A DNA stretch of 45,557 nucleotides. Origin: Saprospiraceae bacterium (GTDB lineage: Bacteria; Bacteroidota; Bacteroidia; Chitinophagales; Saprospiraceae). The stretch is from NCBI GenBank assembly GCA_040003045.1, contig JBDUDG010000001.1, positions 1-45,557 on the forward strand, in the 5' to 3' direction. Made by a program: the position numbers and the translations under genes. How positions within the stretch are numbered: position 1 is the first letter of the stretch; every line of letters begins with the position of its first letter. Shown here piece by piece: positions 1 to 10,200 of this stretch. Under the pieces are notes generated by a model, which saw nothing but the letters and a program-made list of their open reading frames with translations, was not told the origin of the DNA and did no database searches.

Positions 1-496
1 TGTAAGGAGGAACTACTCCATTCGCCAAAATAGTAGTGAAATATTTTCCGCCATTAATACTTCTTTCAACCTTATAGGTAGTCTTCTGATTTTGCATCCC
101 TAATCGGATATTGAAAAAAGTAGTTGGATCTTCATCAACTTTAGTAAACGTAAACCGGTAGATTATATCATCCCCATTTTTTATACCTCCAAGACCTAAT
201 GTTGTTGACGTGTTGATGTTATTGTCAATGTGGATCTCATATCGGACATCTTGTCCAAACGTATAATAATTTGGACCACCATGAGGCAATTGCATCGGAA
301 TGTACATTGCAATAATGGTGATCATGTCAGGCTTATCAGGACTACGAAAAGCGTAGAGATCCGTGTTGTCTGCTAATGGATCATTTGCAATCATCGGCGC
401 TTCCCTATGACTGGATCCGAACAATTGGAAAACCGATGTCATCAACATGATCACAACGCTCATTCGCAAAAAATGATGGGTTGAATTTTTTTTCAT
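1..496 (-). CDS. DUF4331-family secreted protein, N-terminal part only (3' end runs off the window)
   Basis: Absent from the ORF track because the window edge cuts it. Hand translation of the reverse strand from ATG (494-496) gives MKKNSTHHFLRMSVVIMLMTSVFQLFGSSHREAPMIANDPLADNTDLYAFRSPDKPDMITIIAMYIPMQLPHGGPNYYTFGQDVRYEIHIDN... with no stop down to position 1. A signal peptide is followed by the SSHREAP..DP.AD.TD.YAF signature I associate with DUF4331. Confidence 0.65.
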   Translation of the reverse strand, partial: MKKNSTHHFLRMSVVIMLMTSVFQLFGSSHREAPMIANDPLADNTDLYAFRSPDKPDMITIIAMYIPMQLPHGGPNYYTFGQDVRYEIHIDNNINTSTTLGLGGIKNGDDIIYRFTFTKVDEDPTTFFNIRLGMQNQKTTYKVERSINGGKYFTTILANGVVPPY

Positions 497-882
497 TTCA
501 TTGAAGATTTATATGGTTAAAAAGTTAATTACACAATACCGGCCAGGTCACAGTATTGACTGTAACGCCCATGTAATTCATCAAAAAATATTCTGTGGAG
601 AAAAAGAATAGCAAATGACATATCAAATACGGAAAAGAGTATGGTTTGGTTTTAGAAATACATTGAAAGTTTAGGTTTTTATTAACTATTTACAATGGTC
701 TTATACAATAACATTCAAGTTCAACATAATTACAACATGCATCACTACCTTCCTGAAGGACACCTCCTTTCCATCGGAACGCTTACCAATGTATTTCTTC
801 AGACAGGAATCGTTCACTTTCTGATAGATTTCAAATGGATCTGGAAGTATCCTCCGGTTTATCCTTTTTCTTGTATTGCGAA

Positions 883-890
883 TATCTTTG
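883..890 (+). promoter_or_regulatory. candidate Bacteroidota -7 promoter box (TAnnTTTG) for the acyl-CoA dehydrogenase gene
   Basis: tatctttg matches TAnnTTTG 41 nt upstream of the ATG at 931. No clean -33 TTTG was seen. Only 6 bases are fixed, so a chance match is possible. Confidence 0.3.
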
Positions 891-930
891 ACTACAACCG
901 CAGCCTCACCCTTTTGCTTACTTTTACCAA

Positions 931-2100
931 ATGGATTTTATACTCACTGACGAACAGCTCGCCGTCCAACAGGCGGCACGTGATTTCGCAAGAAGAGAGC
1001 TATTGCCCGGGGTTATAGACCGCGACCGAGATATGATCTACCCGACTGACCAGGTCCGCCAAATGTGTGAGATGGGATTCATGGGTATGATGGTTAGCCC
1101 TGAATATGGCGGTGGAGGTATGGATACACTGAGTTATGTTCTCGCCCTTGAAGAAATATCAAAAATAGATGCCAGCGCTTCTGTCATAATGTCTGTCAAT
1201 AACTCACTGGTCTGTTGGGGGATTGAATCTTATGGAAGCCCTGAACAAAAATCAAAATACCTGCCGAAACTTGCATCGGGTGAATGGCTTGGCGCATTTT
1301 GTCTTTCAGAACCAGAAGCTGGCAGCGATGCCACAAGTCAAAGAACTACAGCTAAAGAAGAAGGTGATCACTACATATTAAACGGAACAAAAAACTGGAT
1401 CACAAACGGCGGAAAAGCTTCTCTTCATGTGGTCATGGCTCAGAGCAAAGCAGAATTAAAACACAAAGGTATCAACACCCTTATTGTAGAAAAATCATGG
1501 CCCGGTGTGACGATCGGAGCCAAGGAAGACAAGCTGGGCATACGCGCCTCTGATACGCACTCCATTATGTACAGTGATGTCCACGTTCCGAAAGAAAACC
1601 GAATCGGTCCGGATGGCTTCGGTTTCAAGTATGCCATGAGCACACTGGATGGTGGCCGCATAGGTATAGCCGCTCAGGCTTTAGGAATCGCAGCAGGGGC
1701 TTATGAACTTGCCTTAAAGTATGCACAGGAAAGAGAGGCGTTTGGCAAACCTATCATGCATCATCAGACTATCGCATTTAAGCTTGCAGACATGGCTACG
1801 GAAATCGAAGCTGCAAGACTTCTTGTATACCGAGCTGCACGAATCAAGGACATGGGTCTTGATTATAGCTCCATCGCAGCGATGGCTAAATTATTCGCAT
1901 CAGAGACAGCGATGAAGCACACCACTGAAGCCGTACAAATACATGGCGGATATGGATATGTCAAAGAATATCATGTCGAGCGCCTGATGCGTGATGCGAA
2001 AATCACACAGATTTACGAAGGCACCAGCGAGATCCAGCGACTTGTCATTTCCAGAGCTGTATTGAATGGTGAGCTTTATCAACCCATGGCTTCACGCTGA
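931..2100 (+). CDS. acyl-CoA dehydrogenase (short/medium-chain, butyryl-CoA dehydrogenase-like)
   Basis: 389-aa ORF with ATG start. Family motifs FCLSEPEAGSDA and GTKNWITNG are present, with the catalytic-base context IYEGTSEIQRLVISR near the C-terminus. Length is typical of the family. Confidence 0.93.
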   Translation: MDFILTDEQLAVQQAARDFARRELLPGVIDRDRDMIYPTDQVRQMCEMGFMGMMVSPEYGGGGMDTLSYVLALEEISKIDASASVIMSVNNSLVCWGIESYGSPEQKSKYLPKLASGEWLGAFCLSEPEAGSDATSQRTTAKEEGDHYILNGTKNWITNGGKASLHVVMAQSKAELKHKGINTLIVEKSWPGVTIGAKEDKLGIRASDTHSIMYSDVHVPKENRIGPDGFGFKYAMSTLDGGRIGIAAQALGIAAGAYELALKYAQEREAFGKPIMHHQTIAFKLADMATEIEAARLLVYRAARIKDMGLDYSSIAAMAKLFASETAMKHTTEAVQIHGGYGYVKEYHVERLMRDAKITQIYEGTSEIQRLVISRAVLNGELYQPMASR

Positions 2101-2148
2101 CAAAGAACTTTTTCTGAAGCCTAACCGTTTGCCTTCGTTTATCCACAC

Positions 2149-3240
2149 ATGAAAGGATCTTTTCATATCGCTACTATTTCCGGCATTCCTTTGAAAGTTC
2201 ACTGGAGTTTTGGCCTGCTGTTGCTATGGGTGGCATTCGAAACGAGTAAAGAAGGTTTTCAACCCATTTTACTGGTGTTATCGATAGCCATTGTGCTCAG
2301 CGTTTTCTTTTGCGTGATCCTGCATGAATTTGGACATGCACTTGCAGCAAGAAGATTTGGTGTACAGACTTTTGACATCATCATGACACCCATCGGTGGT
2401 ATCGCACGTCTTGAGCGGATGCCTGAAGGAAAGGGTCAGGAATTCTGGGTAGCTATTGCCGGACCTTGTGTCAATTTTTTAATTGTTGGTGTGATCTGGT
2501 TGTGTTATGCCATTTTCAAAGGAGAGGTATTTCCACTTTTTTCCGGATCGTTCTGGAATTTTGATCAGGAAGCTTCTTCCTATTTCAAAATAATTCTTCT
2601 TGCCAACGGATATCTTGGCGCATTCAATTTATTGCCTGCATTTCCTATGGACGGTGGCCGCATTCTTCGAAGTCTTCTTTCTCTACGCTTGGATCGTAGT
2701 AAGGCCACACAAATTGCATCATACGCAGGGCAGGTAATGGCAGTCCTGATGTTTTCATATGGTATCATGCGAAGCCGGCCAACACTGACGCTGATCGGTG
2801 TTTTTATTTTTTTCGCTGCCCGTCAGGAAAACAAAGCTATGCAAAGACAATCCTGGCTGACGAAAACCAAAGCATCGGATATCATGGACCCCCTTGATCA
2901 TTATCTCCAGGTGGATGAACCCATGAAAGATGTTAAGGAAAAGATGAAGACGATGAAAGGAGAAAGCTTCATTGTCTGGAATGGACCTGATCGGCCCACG
3001 GGCTATGTTACAAGAGATCAGATCCTAAACTACAATCCCGTCATACATCCTGACAGCCTGGTGAATGCCTGGGTCATACCCGCTCCTGCGGTCGTTGCAC
3101 CTGAAACACCGGCGGGTCAGCTCTTTGCTTTCATGCAGCATCACAAAATTCCGCTGGCACTTGTTTTTGACCAATTACATTATCTCGGCGTAGTCCATTG
3201 GAAAAAAGTATCTGATGGCGCTCCGGTATCAAAGTGGTAA
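2149..3240 (+). CDS. site-2 protease family (peptidase M50) membrane metalloprotease with C-terminal CBS-type region
   Basis: HEFGHALAARRFG zinc motif within a hydrophobic segment, second M50 motif FNLLPAFPMDGGR, several TM segments, and a ~120-aa soluble C-terminal extension. Confidence 0.85.
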   Translation: MKGSFHIATISGIPLKVHWSFGLLLLWVAFETSKEGFQPILLVLSIAIVLSVFFCVILHEFGHALAARRFGVQTFDIIMTPIGGIARLERMPEGKGQEFWVAIAGPCVNFLIVGVIWLCYAIFKGEVFPLFSGSFWNFDQEASSYFKIILLANGYLGAFNLLPAFPMDGGRILRSLLSLRLDRSKATQIASYAGQVMAVLMFSYGIMRSRPTLTLIGVFIFFAARQENKAMQRQSWLTKTKASDIMDPLDHYLQVDEPMKDVKEKMKTMKGESFIVWNGPDRPTGYVTRDQILNYNPVIHPDSLVNAWVIPAPAVVAPETPAGQLFAFMQHHKIPLALVFDQLHYLGVVHWKKVSDGAPVSKW

Positions 3241-3244
3241 AAAG

Positions 3245-3275
3245 AAAAAGGGACACTCAACTGATGTCCCTTTTT
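3245..3275. terminator. bidirectional rho-independent terminator between convergent genes
   Basis: Stem gggaca (3250-3255) / tgtccc (3265-3270) with a 9-nt loop. It is flanked by an A-run upstream and tttttctttt downstream, so a hairpin plus U-run is formed on both strands. Confidence 0.55.
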
Positions 3276-3306
3276 CTTTTGGTAATAATTTCTGTTTTGT
3301 CCGGAA

Positions 3307-3819
3307 TTATTTTTTCAGGCGTGATTTTACAGTTTCAGTCAGATCATTTCCTTCTTCTGCAAAAAGTAATGCACCTGAAACGCTTGTGTCAAAGATCATA
3401 GTGTAATGACCTTCCTTACCAATCACCTGGATGATACTGTCTACTTCTGTGAGGATGGGACGAAGCAGCGCTTCCCTTTTCTGCATCACCTTGAACTTGA
3501 TCTGCTGCTCCATAGAAGCTAATGAGTCCTGTTGTGTCTGCAGAGCAGCTTGTTTAGTTTGCGTAGCTACCTGTGACAACGTACCACTGTTGGTCTCATC
3601 TACAAAGGCTTTGTATTGCGCTTCGAAAGCCTTTGACTGAGCATCATAAGGCTCCATAAGGCCTTTCTGATAGGCGTCTAACTGTGTATTCGCAGAGATG
3701 ACCATGGGATGTGCCTGGATGATATCTGATGAATTGACATGTCCGAATTTCTGTGCATTACCCGTTTGAGTAAACGCCAATAGCATAAAAGCTGAGCAGA
3801 ATAATAATAATTTATTCAT
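3307..3819 (-). CDS. OmpH/Skp-family periplasmic chaperone
   Basis: 170 aa. Signal peptide MNKLLLFCSAFMLLAFTQTGNAQ, then a Gln/Ala/Lys-rich helical region (QLDAYQKGL..AQYKAFVDE..QTKQAALQTQQDSLASMEQQ) typical of OmpH family proteins. Confidence 0.8.
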   Translation of the reverse strand: MNKLLLFCSAFMLLAFTQTGNAQKFGHVNSSDIIQAHPMVISANTQLDAYQKGLMEPYDAQSKAFEAQYKAFVDETNSGTLSQVATQTKQAALQTQQDSLASMEQQIKFKVMQKREALLRPILTEVDSIIQVIGKEGHYTMIFDTSVSGALLFAEEGNDLTETVKSRLKK

Positions 3820-3873
3820 GTGTTAGCAATTTTTTGGATTTGAATTACCTGCTGGTGCACCTGAAATCAAATG

Positions 3874-3890
3874 CTTCCTTCAGAAGGAAG
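3874..3890 (-). terminator. hairpin downstream of tatA, weak terminator candidate
   Basis: cttcctt (3874-3880) / aaggaag (3884-3890) form a perfect 7-bp stem with a 3-nt loop. On the minus strand it is followed by catttgatttc, which is only moderately U-rich. Confidence 0.3.
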
Positions 3891-3953
3891 AATAGTTCCC
3901 AGGAACAAATGGCAGAAAGAAGAGCGTTCCGGATGAAGAAAACAAATAAGGAC

Positions 3954-4181
3954 TTAGGCCTCTTTTTTACTTTCTTCGATAGCTTTGCGGTCAGATTCGC
4001 GCATGCCTTCCTTGATCTCATTTTCAATATTGCTCCGCGCGTTATTGAATTCACGGATACCCTTGCCTAAGCCACGCATCAGTTCCGGAATTTTCTTACC
4101 ACCGAACAATAAAAGAACCACGGCCAGAATGATAAACCACTCAGAACCACCTGGCATGCTTAGAAATAAAAAAGTATTCAT
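3954..4181 (-). CDS. tatA: twin-arginine translocase subunit TatA/TatE
   Basis: 75 aa. Single N-terminal TM followed by an amphipathic helix: [40 protein letters not shown], then an acidic/basic tail. The true start may be the internal Met 9 codons in. Confidence 0.9.
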   Translation of the reverse strand: MNTFLFLSMPGGSEWFIILAVVLLLFGGKKIPELMRGLGKGIREFNNARSNIENEIKEGMRESDRKAIEESKKEA

Positions 4182-4201
4182 TGTCAGAATATTTAAGGAC
4201 T

Positions 4202-4209
4202 CAAATGTA
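4202..4209 (-). promoter_or_regulatory. candidate -7 promoter box for tatA
   Basis: Plus-strand caaatgta is TAcaTTTG on the minus strand, 21-28 nt upstream of the tatA ATG (4179-4181). Confidence 0.35.
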
Positions 4210-4565
4210 CGGGAAAAGTAGGAAAGCTATCTAAAAAGCCATTTTCGTTGTGTTAATGGTATGTTGTATTGACAGCCTTATAACCGAAAAGTTTAATGAC
4301 CTGGGCCCATGTAAGAAAGTATCAGCCTTATTACCCTGAGATATCTATTAGTTAAGATAATAATATGAATTATTCTTCTCTCACCATCCATTTTGTAAAT
4401 TTCTGAGAGGCAAGCCCTGAGCTTTGGAGTTTAATCATTTTCGCAGAGGCAAAAATGTGAACATTCAATATGACAATACGTTCTTCTCTCGTCATTATGA
4501 TCATGATCATCCGGCGATTCCTTCCCGCACAACAAAGATCCGGTATAAAATAAATTTTCCAATTA

Positions 4566-7028
4566 TTGAAAAGTAGAATTCGACATGGGTTGCGTATTGC
4601 CGGAGGAATATTCCTTCTGTTTACCACTGTATGTGTCATAGCATACATTTGGGTACGGGTCCACAAAGATTCTTTTAATTCCATGGCCGAGGCCCAAATC
4701 AACAAACAGGTTAAAGGAAAGGTGGACATAGGCGACCTTGAGATCAATTTTATCAAAACATTTCCAAGTATTTCCGCTGAGCTCTCCAATGTAGTCATTA
4801 GGGATTCTTTGTGGAATGTGCATCATCATGATTTTCTTCATGCAGAGAAAATTTATATCCGTTTTGGCTTCATGAGCCTTTTGAAAGCCAAGCCCGCGAT
4901 TTCTGAGGTGATTGTGAAAAATGGTTCGATCTATCTATATACAGATGAGTGCGGATATTGTAATTTAAATCGCACAAATGATGTTGGGTTCAATAAAGGA
5001 AATTCTGATATTCCGGATTTCAAATTTGAGAATACCCGTATGATTGTGCAAAATGAAGATCAGAATTCATACCATGATTTTGATTTTGAATATTTGAAAT
5101 GCCATCTGATTCATAAAGACAGCTCCTTTGTCTTTAAAATTTCGCTGAATGCTTTTGTACACGGTATAGGTTTCAATATGATACGCGGCAGCTACCTGAA
5201 GGACAAATCTCTTGAAGGAAATTTCTACCTGTCTTATGAACCCGGAAAAAAAGTGGAGTTAAATGAAGTCAAATTAAAGATAGATCATCAGCCTTTCCTT
5301 TTAAGCGGAGATATTTATTTTACAAATACCATAAAGTCATATGATCTAAAAATTCAAACCAAAAAAATAGCCTACCAAAAAGCAACTGGTTTACTGACAC
5401 AATCTCTTCAGGAGAAATTTAAACCCGTTGACATCATGAAGCCCATTGATGCCGGCGCCAATATATCCGGGTTGATGGCCCCTGATGTCGTGCCGCTAGT
5501 GATCACCCATTTCACAGTATATGATACGGATATGGATACACCTGCAGGCCGTCTGACGCATTGCGCCTTCACAGGCAGCTTTACTAATCAGCTGGAACCA
5601 TTGCAACTTCCAAGTGATGAAAATTCGAAGTTTATCTTTAACGACATTAAGGAAACCTGGGAGAACCTTTCGTTCACCACTACGCGGGCTGAGGTCAGTA
5701 ACTTTAAAGCTCCGTATTTAATCTGCGATGTCAGGTCTATCATTGACCTGCAGGATCTAAATAGCCTTTCAGAAAGTAGTTCTATTCGATTTCTAAACGG
5801 ACTAGGCACACTAGATATTAAATTTAATGGGCCCATGATGGAAATAGATTCTTTGAATTCTCTTGTTAACGGAACATTTACCATCAGTGATGCGGAGGTT
5901 AATTATATGCCAAGGAATTTATTATTCAAAAATTGCAGCGGCGTATTTGAATTCAAAGATGAAGACCTGATCATCAGCAATTTTATAGCAACAGCCGGGA
6001 ATACAAATCTCACGATGAATGGAGACATCACTAATTTATTGGCCTTACTCGATAAAAACCCGGAACAACTTGTGATGAATTGGAATGTGATTACTCCTCA
6101 ACTTAATCTCAGTGATTTTATTTCTTATGTCAATGAGCGAGCCACCAGTGCTTCAAAACCGAAACCGACAGGTCGAAACAAACTGATCATCGCCACTGAA
6201 AATATAGATCGTATGCTCAGTGATGGCATTGCCAAACTGAATGTAAAGGCAGCAAAATTAATTTACAAAAAATTTGTGGCTACCAATGTGGCTGCATCTA
6301 TCCACCTTGTAGGTAATAAAGTACTTTTGAAAAATGTCAGTCTTCTGCATGCCGGTGGATCATTGAATCTCCAGGGATCGCTCACGAATGGAAATCATAT
6401 CAACACCCTTGAACTTCAATCGGACATAAAGAATGTAGACATCCCGGGTTTATTTTATGCCTTTGACAATTTTGGACAGGATGCTATCACACATCAAAAC
6501 ATGAAAGGGCAGCTAACTGCAAAAATGAATTTTACCGGATCCATCACAGACAAGGCTGAAGTAGCAGAGAATTCAATGCAAGGAAATGTTGACTTTAGCA
6601 TAAAGGATGGAGAATTGATCAATTTTGATCCTGTAGTAAAAATCGCGGCTACTGCATTCAAAAAACGAGACTTCTCACATATCATATTTGGTGAATTAAA
6701 AAATCATCTGGACATCAATGGATCAGCGATCACCATCCATAAAATGGAAATACGTTCCAATGTCGTCACTTTGTTTGTAGAAGGTTTATATGACACTAAA
6801 AAAGGCACAAACATGAGCATCCAGGTCCCGCTCAGCAATTTATCCAAAGCTGAAAATGAGGATCTTGAAAATACCGGTCGGGTCGGCATGAATATACGTT
6901 TATGGGCCAAAACCGAAGAAGACGGAAAGCTTAAAGTCAGTTGGGATCCTTTCAATAAGGCCAATAAAAAGCGAAAAGTAGAAATCAGGAAAGACTCTTT
7001 GTCCACCTCAGGATTAAATAAGCAATAA
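4566..7028 (+). CDS. AsmA-family-like envelope protein (N-terminal membrane anchor, large periplasmic beta-rich domain)
   Basis: 820 aa. The track start is TTG, and there is no in-frame ATG before the TM segment GGIFLLFTTVCVIAYIWV. The remainder is Asn/Lys/Ser-rich with no further TM, an AsmA/TamB-like architecture. The assignment rests on architecture, not a verified motif. Confidence 0.5.
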   Translation: MKSRIRHGLRIAGGIFLLFTTVCVIAYIWVRVHKDSFNSMAEAQINKQVKGKVDIGDLEINFIKTFPSISAELSNVVIRDSLWNVHHHDFLHAEKIYIRFGFMSLLKAKPAISEVIVKNGSIYLYTDECGYCNLNRTNDVGFNKGNSDIPDFKFENTRMIVQNEDQNSYHDFDFEYLKCHLIHKDSSFVFKISLNAFVHGIGFNMIRGSYLKDKSLEGNFYLSYEPGKKVELNEVKLKIDHQPFLLSGDIYFTNTIKSYDLKIQTKKIAYQKATGLLTQSLQEKFKPVDIMKPIDAGANISGLMAPDVVPLVITHFTVYDTDMDTPAGRLTHCAFTGSFTNQLEPLQLPSDENSKFIFNDIKETWENLSFTTTRAEVSNFKAPYLICDVRSIIDLQDLNSLSESSSIRFLNGLGTLDIKFNGPMMEIDSLNSLVNGTFTISDAEVNYMPRNLLFKNCSGVFEFKDEDLIISNFIATAGNTNLTMNGDITNLLALLDKNPEQLVMNWNVITPQLNLSDFISYVNERATSASKPKPTGRNKLIIATENIDRMLSDGIAKLNVKAAKLIYKKFVATNVAASIHLVGNKVLLKNVSLLHAGGSLNLQGSLTNGNHINTLELQSDIKNVDIPGLFYAFDNFGQDAITHQNMKGQLTAKMNFTGSITDKAEVAENSMQGNVDFSIKDGELINFDPVVKIAATAFKKRDFSHIIFGELKNHLDINGSAITIHKMEIRSNVVTLFVEGLYDTKKGTNMSIQVPLSNLSKAENEDLENTGRVGMNIRLWAKTEEDGKLKVSWDPFNKANKKRKVEIRKDSLSTSGLNKQ

Positions 7029-7131
7029 GCGTAATATGTAAGTGTTAAAATATCATTTTTTCTTTCTTATTTTTGACTAAGCCCCAACCTCAAGGGCTAT
7101 TGAATACGTCTATATTATCTATTAAAAGTGT

Positions 7132-7158
7132 AAGGTGACTCGAGTTTTGTCACCTTTT
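7132..7158 (+). terminator. hairpin downstream of the AsmA-like gene, possible terminator
   Basis: aaggtgac (7132-7139) / gtcacctt (7149-7156) form a perfect 8-bp stem with a 9-nt loop, followed by a short tt(gt) extension giving tttt. Confidence 0.35.
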
Positions 7159-7255
7159 GTACAGCTAAGGTTTTTTCTCTCGTCCGAAGCATTTTGATTG
7201 TTGAATACTTATTATTTTAAAGCTTGTTTTAAAATAATTTAACTAAAATATTACT

Positions 7256-10200
7256 ATGCCTAAATTTTACTCCTGGATCTTCCTATTTATATTAACATTT
7301 CTGTGGTCAGCTTCTTCAGCTCAGACTGTGTTGGGTGCTGGCGATATTATAGTGCTGGGAGTGATCACGGATCAGACCGGATGTGGAAAACCCCAATCAG
7401 ATGAGATCAGCTTTGCATGCTTCAAGGATATCACCACATCCACCACACTTGATTTAACTGACAATGGATGGGAAGTGGCCAACCCCGGTTTTTGGGGTGA
7501 TAGTGAAGGTACATTGGAATTTACCAGGACAGGTGCGACAATTCCCCGTGGTACAGTCATCACCTTCAAAGCACAGCTTAACGGCGCAGTCTGGACATAT
7601 AGCTTTGTAAGCCCTGATAATGGATGGATGGTTCAGAACATTAATATACCGGGTGGATCATTCAACCTTGAACCGGGAGGTGACCAATTCTTTTTCATGC
7701 AGGGTGGCACCTGGAATAACCAGGGTGGTGGAATAAATAAGTCGATCTATAACGGGACCGTTATTTATGGCTTCAGCACCTTGAGCACATGGGCCGCTGA
7801 TGGTACAACACACCAGTCCAATCTTTATCCTGATCTCGATCCATGTTTCTTTATGCAATCTAATGGTGCTGACTTCTATAAATACACTAATCCATTTGCG
7901 ATAGCCAATCAGCTTAAATGGTGGGACAGAGTACAGGATCCTGCTAACTGGAATTCTTTTGCGGATTGTATTGGCTACAGCGCACTTGCCCCGAATTACC
8001 CGGGAGGATTTACGATTCCTATTGGTGATTTGAATATCGGTATTACTTGTTTTAACTGCAATGGTTGTGCTCCTTTTGATGCAGCTATCATATTTCATCT
8101 TCCCCCTGGTACGTTTGATGTGACCTATACAGATGGAACCAATACAATTACTTTATTTGGCATTTCGGATATGCATTTCGTGAGTGTCACTATTTCTGAT
8201 ACAACCACCTATACCATCACCATGGTAATGGTGGTAAACGGATGTCCGGTTCCAGGGCCCTTCCCGAATACAGCTACTATAAATGTTCCTCATAACAATC
8301 CTGGACTTCACCATACGCTTTACATATGCCCTACATATGGAATCATTGCTTTAAGTCCATTCCTGGGGCCACATGATGCCGGTGGGACGTGGACTCCACC
8401 GTTGGATCCGCTTAATGGCATTTATTATTCTTCATTCTGGGGACCAGGTACATACTTCTATGTTTTCAAACACATGGGTTGTCCACCAGATACTGCTTCA
8501 ATAACGATCTATTGGATAGATCCTTCACAAACAACCTATGAGATAGGTTGCGATCAGAATGGGACGCCACAAGATATCACTGATGACCGGATGACGGTTA
8601 CCATCAACTTTACGGCACCAGGTTTTGGTCCTGATTATACGGCCTCTGTTACATATCTCGGAGTGCCGACAGGATCCGTAACTCCAGGTACCGGTCTGAC
8701 CGGTGTGTCGACTACATTTACCCTTGATCCGGGTACTGCTACGAAGAATAATTTGGCATTGGTTGTGCAGGATTTGAGCGGCTTTACATGTGCATTCAAA
8801 TTTCCACTTACCCCACCTGGTTTTTGTTCTGATCCATGCGATCATAACATGACTGCTGCGATTTCAGGAGACGAGGATACCTGTCCTAATAGTTGTCCGG
8901 ATGATCCTGCTACAGTATTCATAGACATCAGTGGAGGATTCCCGGATTACACGATGGATTTCTCTGTGACTGCCAATGGATTTCCCACATGGACTTTTAC
9001 AGGTGTGCCGATTGATGTCAATACGGAAATTACTATTTGTGTTGACAGCATTCCGGCTGCTGTCTATGATGAAGCTTCACACTCACTCATAATACCTGCT
9101 ACACTGACAGGTCATGATGCGGTGATCACACTATTGAATGTATATGATTCGTATGGGTGCACAGCTATTTTAGATAATGCGGAACAATTTCTGACGATCC
9201 ACACTCTTCCGCAACTCGTGGCGCCTCATTTGAGTTTCTGTAAAGGAATTGCGAATAATGTTGATCTCACTGACTTTGACTTTAGTGTCAGTCCCAACTA
9301 TGACGTGTTATGGTCAGATGGAGATCCACTAAATGGTGGGGATATATTGAATAGCCCCAGTGGTGCGAATCTTTTGAATGTCGTTTCACTTTGGGCACTT
9401 GTTTCGGATGATTATTGCCAAAATTCAAAACAGATTCCACTCACCATATTACCTCAACCAAAACTTGATACTGTACTTCCGCTACAAATCTGTAAAGGGG
9501 ATATAGTGGCATTGCAAAATATTCCACTGCATGATCTTGGCAACAGCATGGCTGTTTACACTTTTCACTCGGCTTTGCCACCTGATACCACTAACAAGCT
9601 GAATCCACTGATCTACATTCCAGGTGATACCACGACGGTGTATGTTTTGGCTACAGCAGGTATGTGTTATGACACCATTCCGATCATGATCGATGTGCAG
9701 GATTTTCCTGATTTCACATTGCAGGGTACACCATGTAATTTGTTGCTTCACACTTACACTATTGTATTTACGAGCTCTGCAGATTCTATTCATGTGAATG
9801 CAGGTGTCATCGTCAATAGTGTTGCAGGTCAGGATTCAATAAAAAATATTCCTGAAAATGTCAACGTGTCCATTGAGGTGCTCAATGCTTCAAGTCTTTG
9901 TAAGGATACGTTCCTGATCGTAGCTCCGAATTGCAATTGTCCACTGATCAATCCACCGATTGCCGGCCAGGCTTCTTATTCCATTTGTGAAGGAAATGCA
10001 ATCCCCTTCCTTTCTGTGACGATTGATCCAGGGATGGTCTCTAACTGGTATGATGTCCCTAGTGGAGGTGTCCCTTTGTTGCAGAATAGTTTGACCTTCC
10101 AGCCTGTAAGTGCAGTAAGTGCAATTTATTATGCTGAAGCTGTGGATCCATTAAGCAATTGCTATAGCATCAGGACACAAATACCATTCGATGTTAATCC

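Noticed and set aside
695-1018. 107-aa plus-strand ORF in the 434-nt gap upstream of the acyl-CoA dehydrogenase gene
   Set aside because: It overlaps the well-supported ATG and N-terminus of the dehydrogenase in another frame and has an odd composition (YNN, HNYNMHHY). I recognise no motif and see no promoter logic, so it is most likely non-coding promoter/leader DNA.
3834-4221. Plus-strand ORFs of 78 aa each, antisense to tatA
   Set aside because: The minus-strand TatA reading is unmistakable, so these are its frame shadows.
4370-4841. Two minus-strand ORFs (142 and 92 aa) overlapping the 5' end of the AsmA-like gene
   Set aside because: They have no recognisable features and overlap the TM anchor region of the 820-aa ORF. 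The intergenic part is better explained as promoter/leader sequence.
2149-7028. Reading M50 protease, Skp, TatA and the AsmA-like gene as one envelope-biogenesis operon (by analogy with rseP-bamA-skp)
   Set aside because: The genes are on different strands with terminator-like hairpins between them. The M50 protein has a CBS region rather than the PDZ domains of RseP. Thematic proximity only.
7068-7075. tatttttg, a perfect TAnnTTTG box 181 nt upstream of the giant gene
   Set aside because: It lies upstream of the terminator-like hairpin at 7132-7156, so a transcript from it would meet that hairpin first. The two calls conflict and I cannot resolve them, so it is not reported as a promoter.
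7214-7235. attttaaa-N6-tttaaaat inverted repeat just upstream of the giant gene
   Set aside because: The stem is entirely A/T in an AT-rich leader. Such palindromes arise easily by chance and would be thermodynamically weak.
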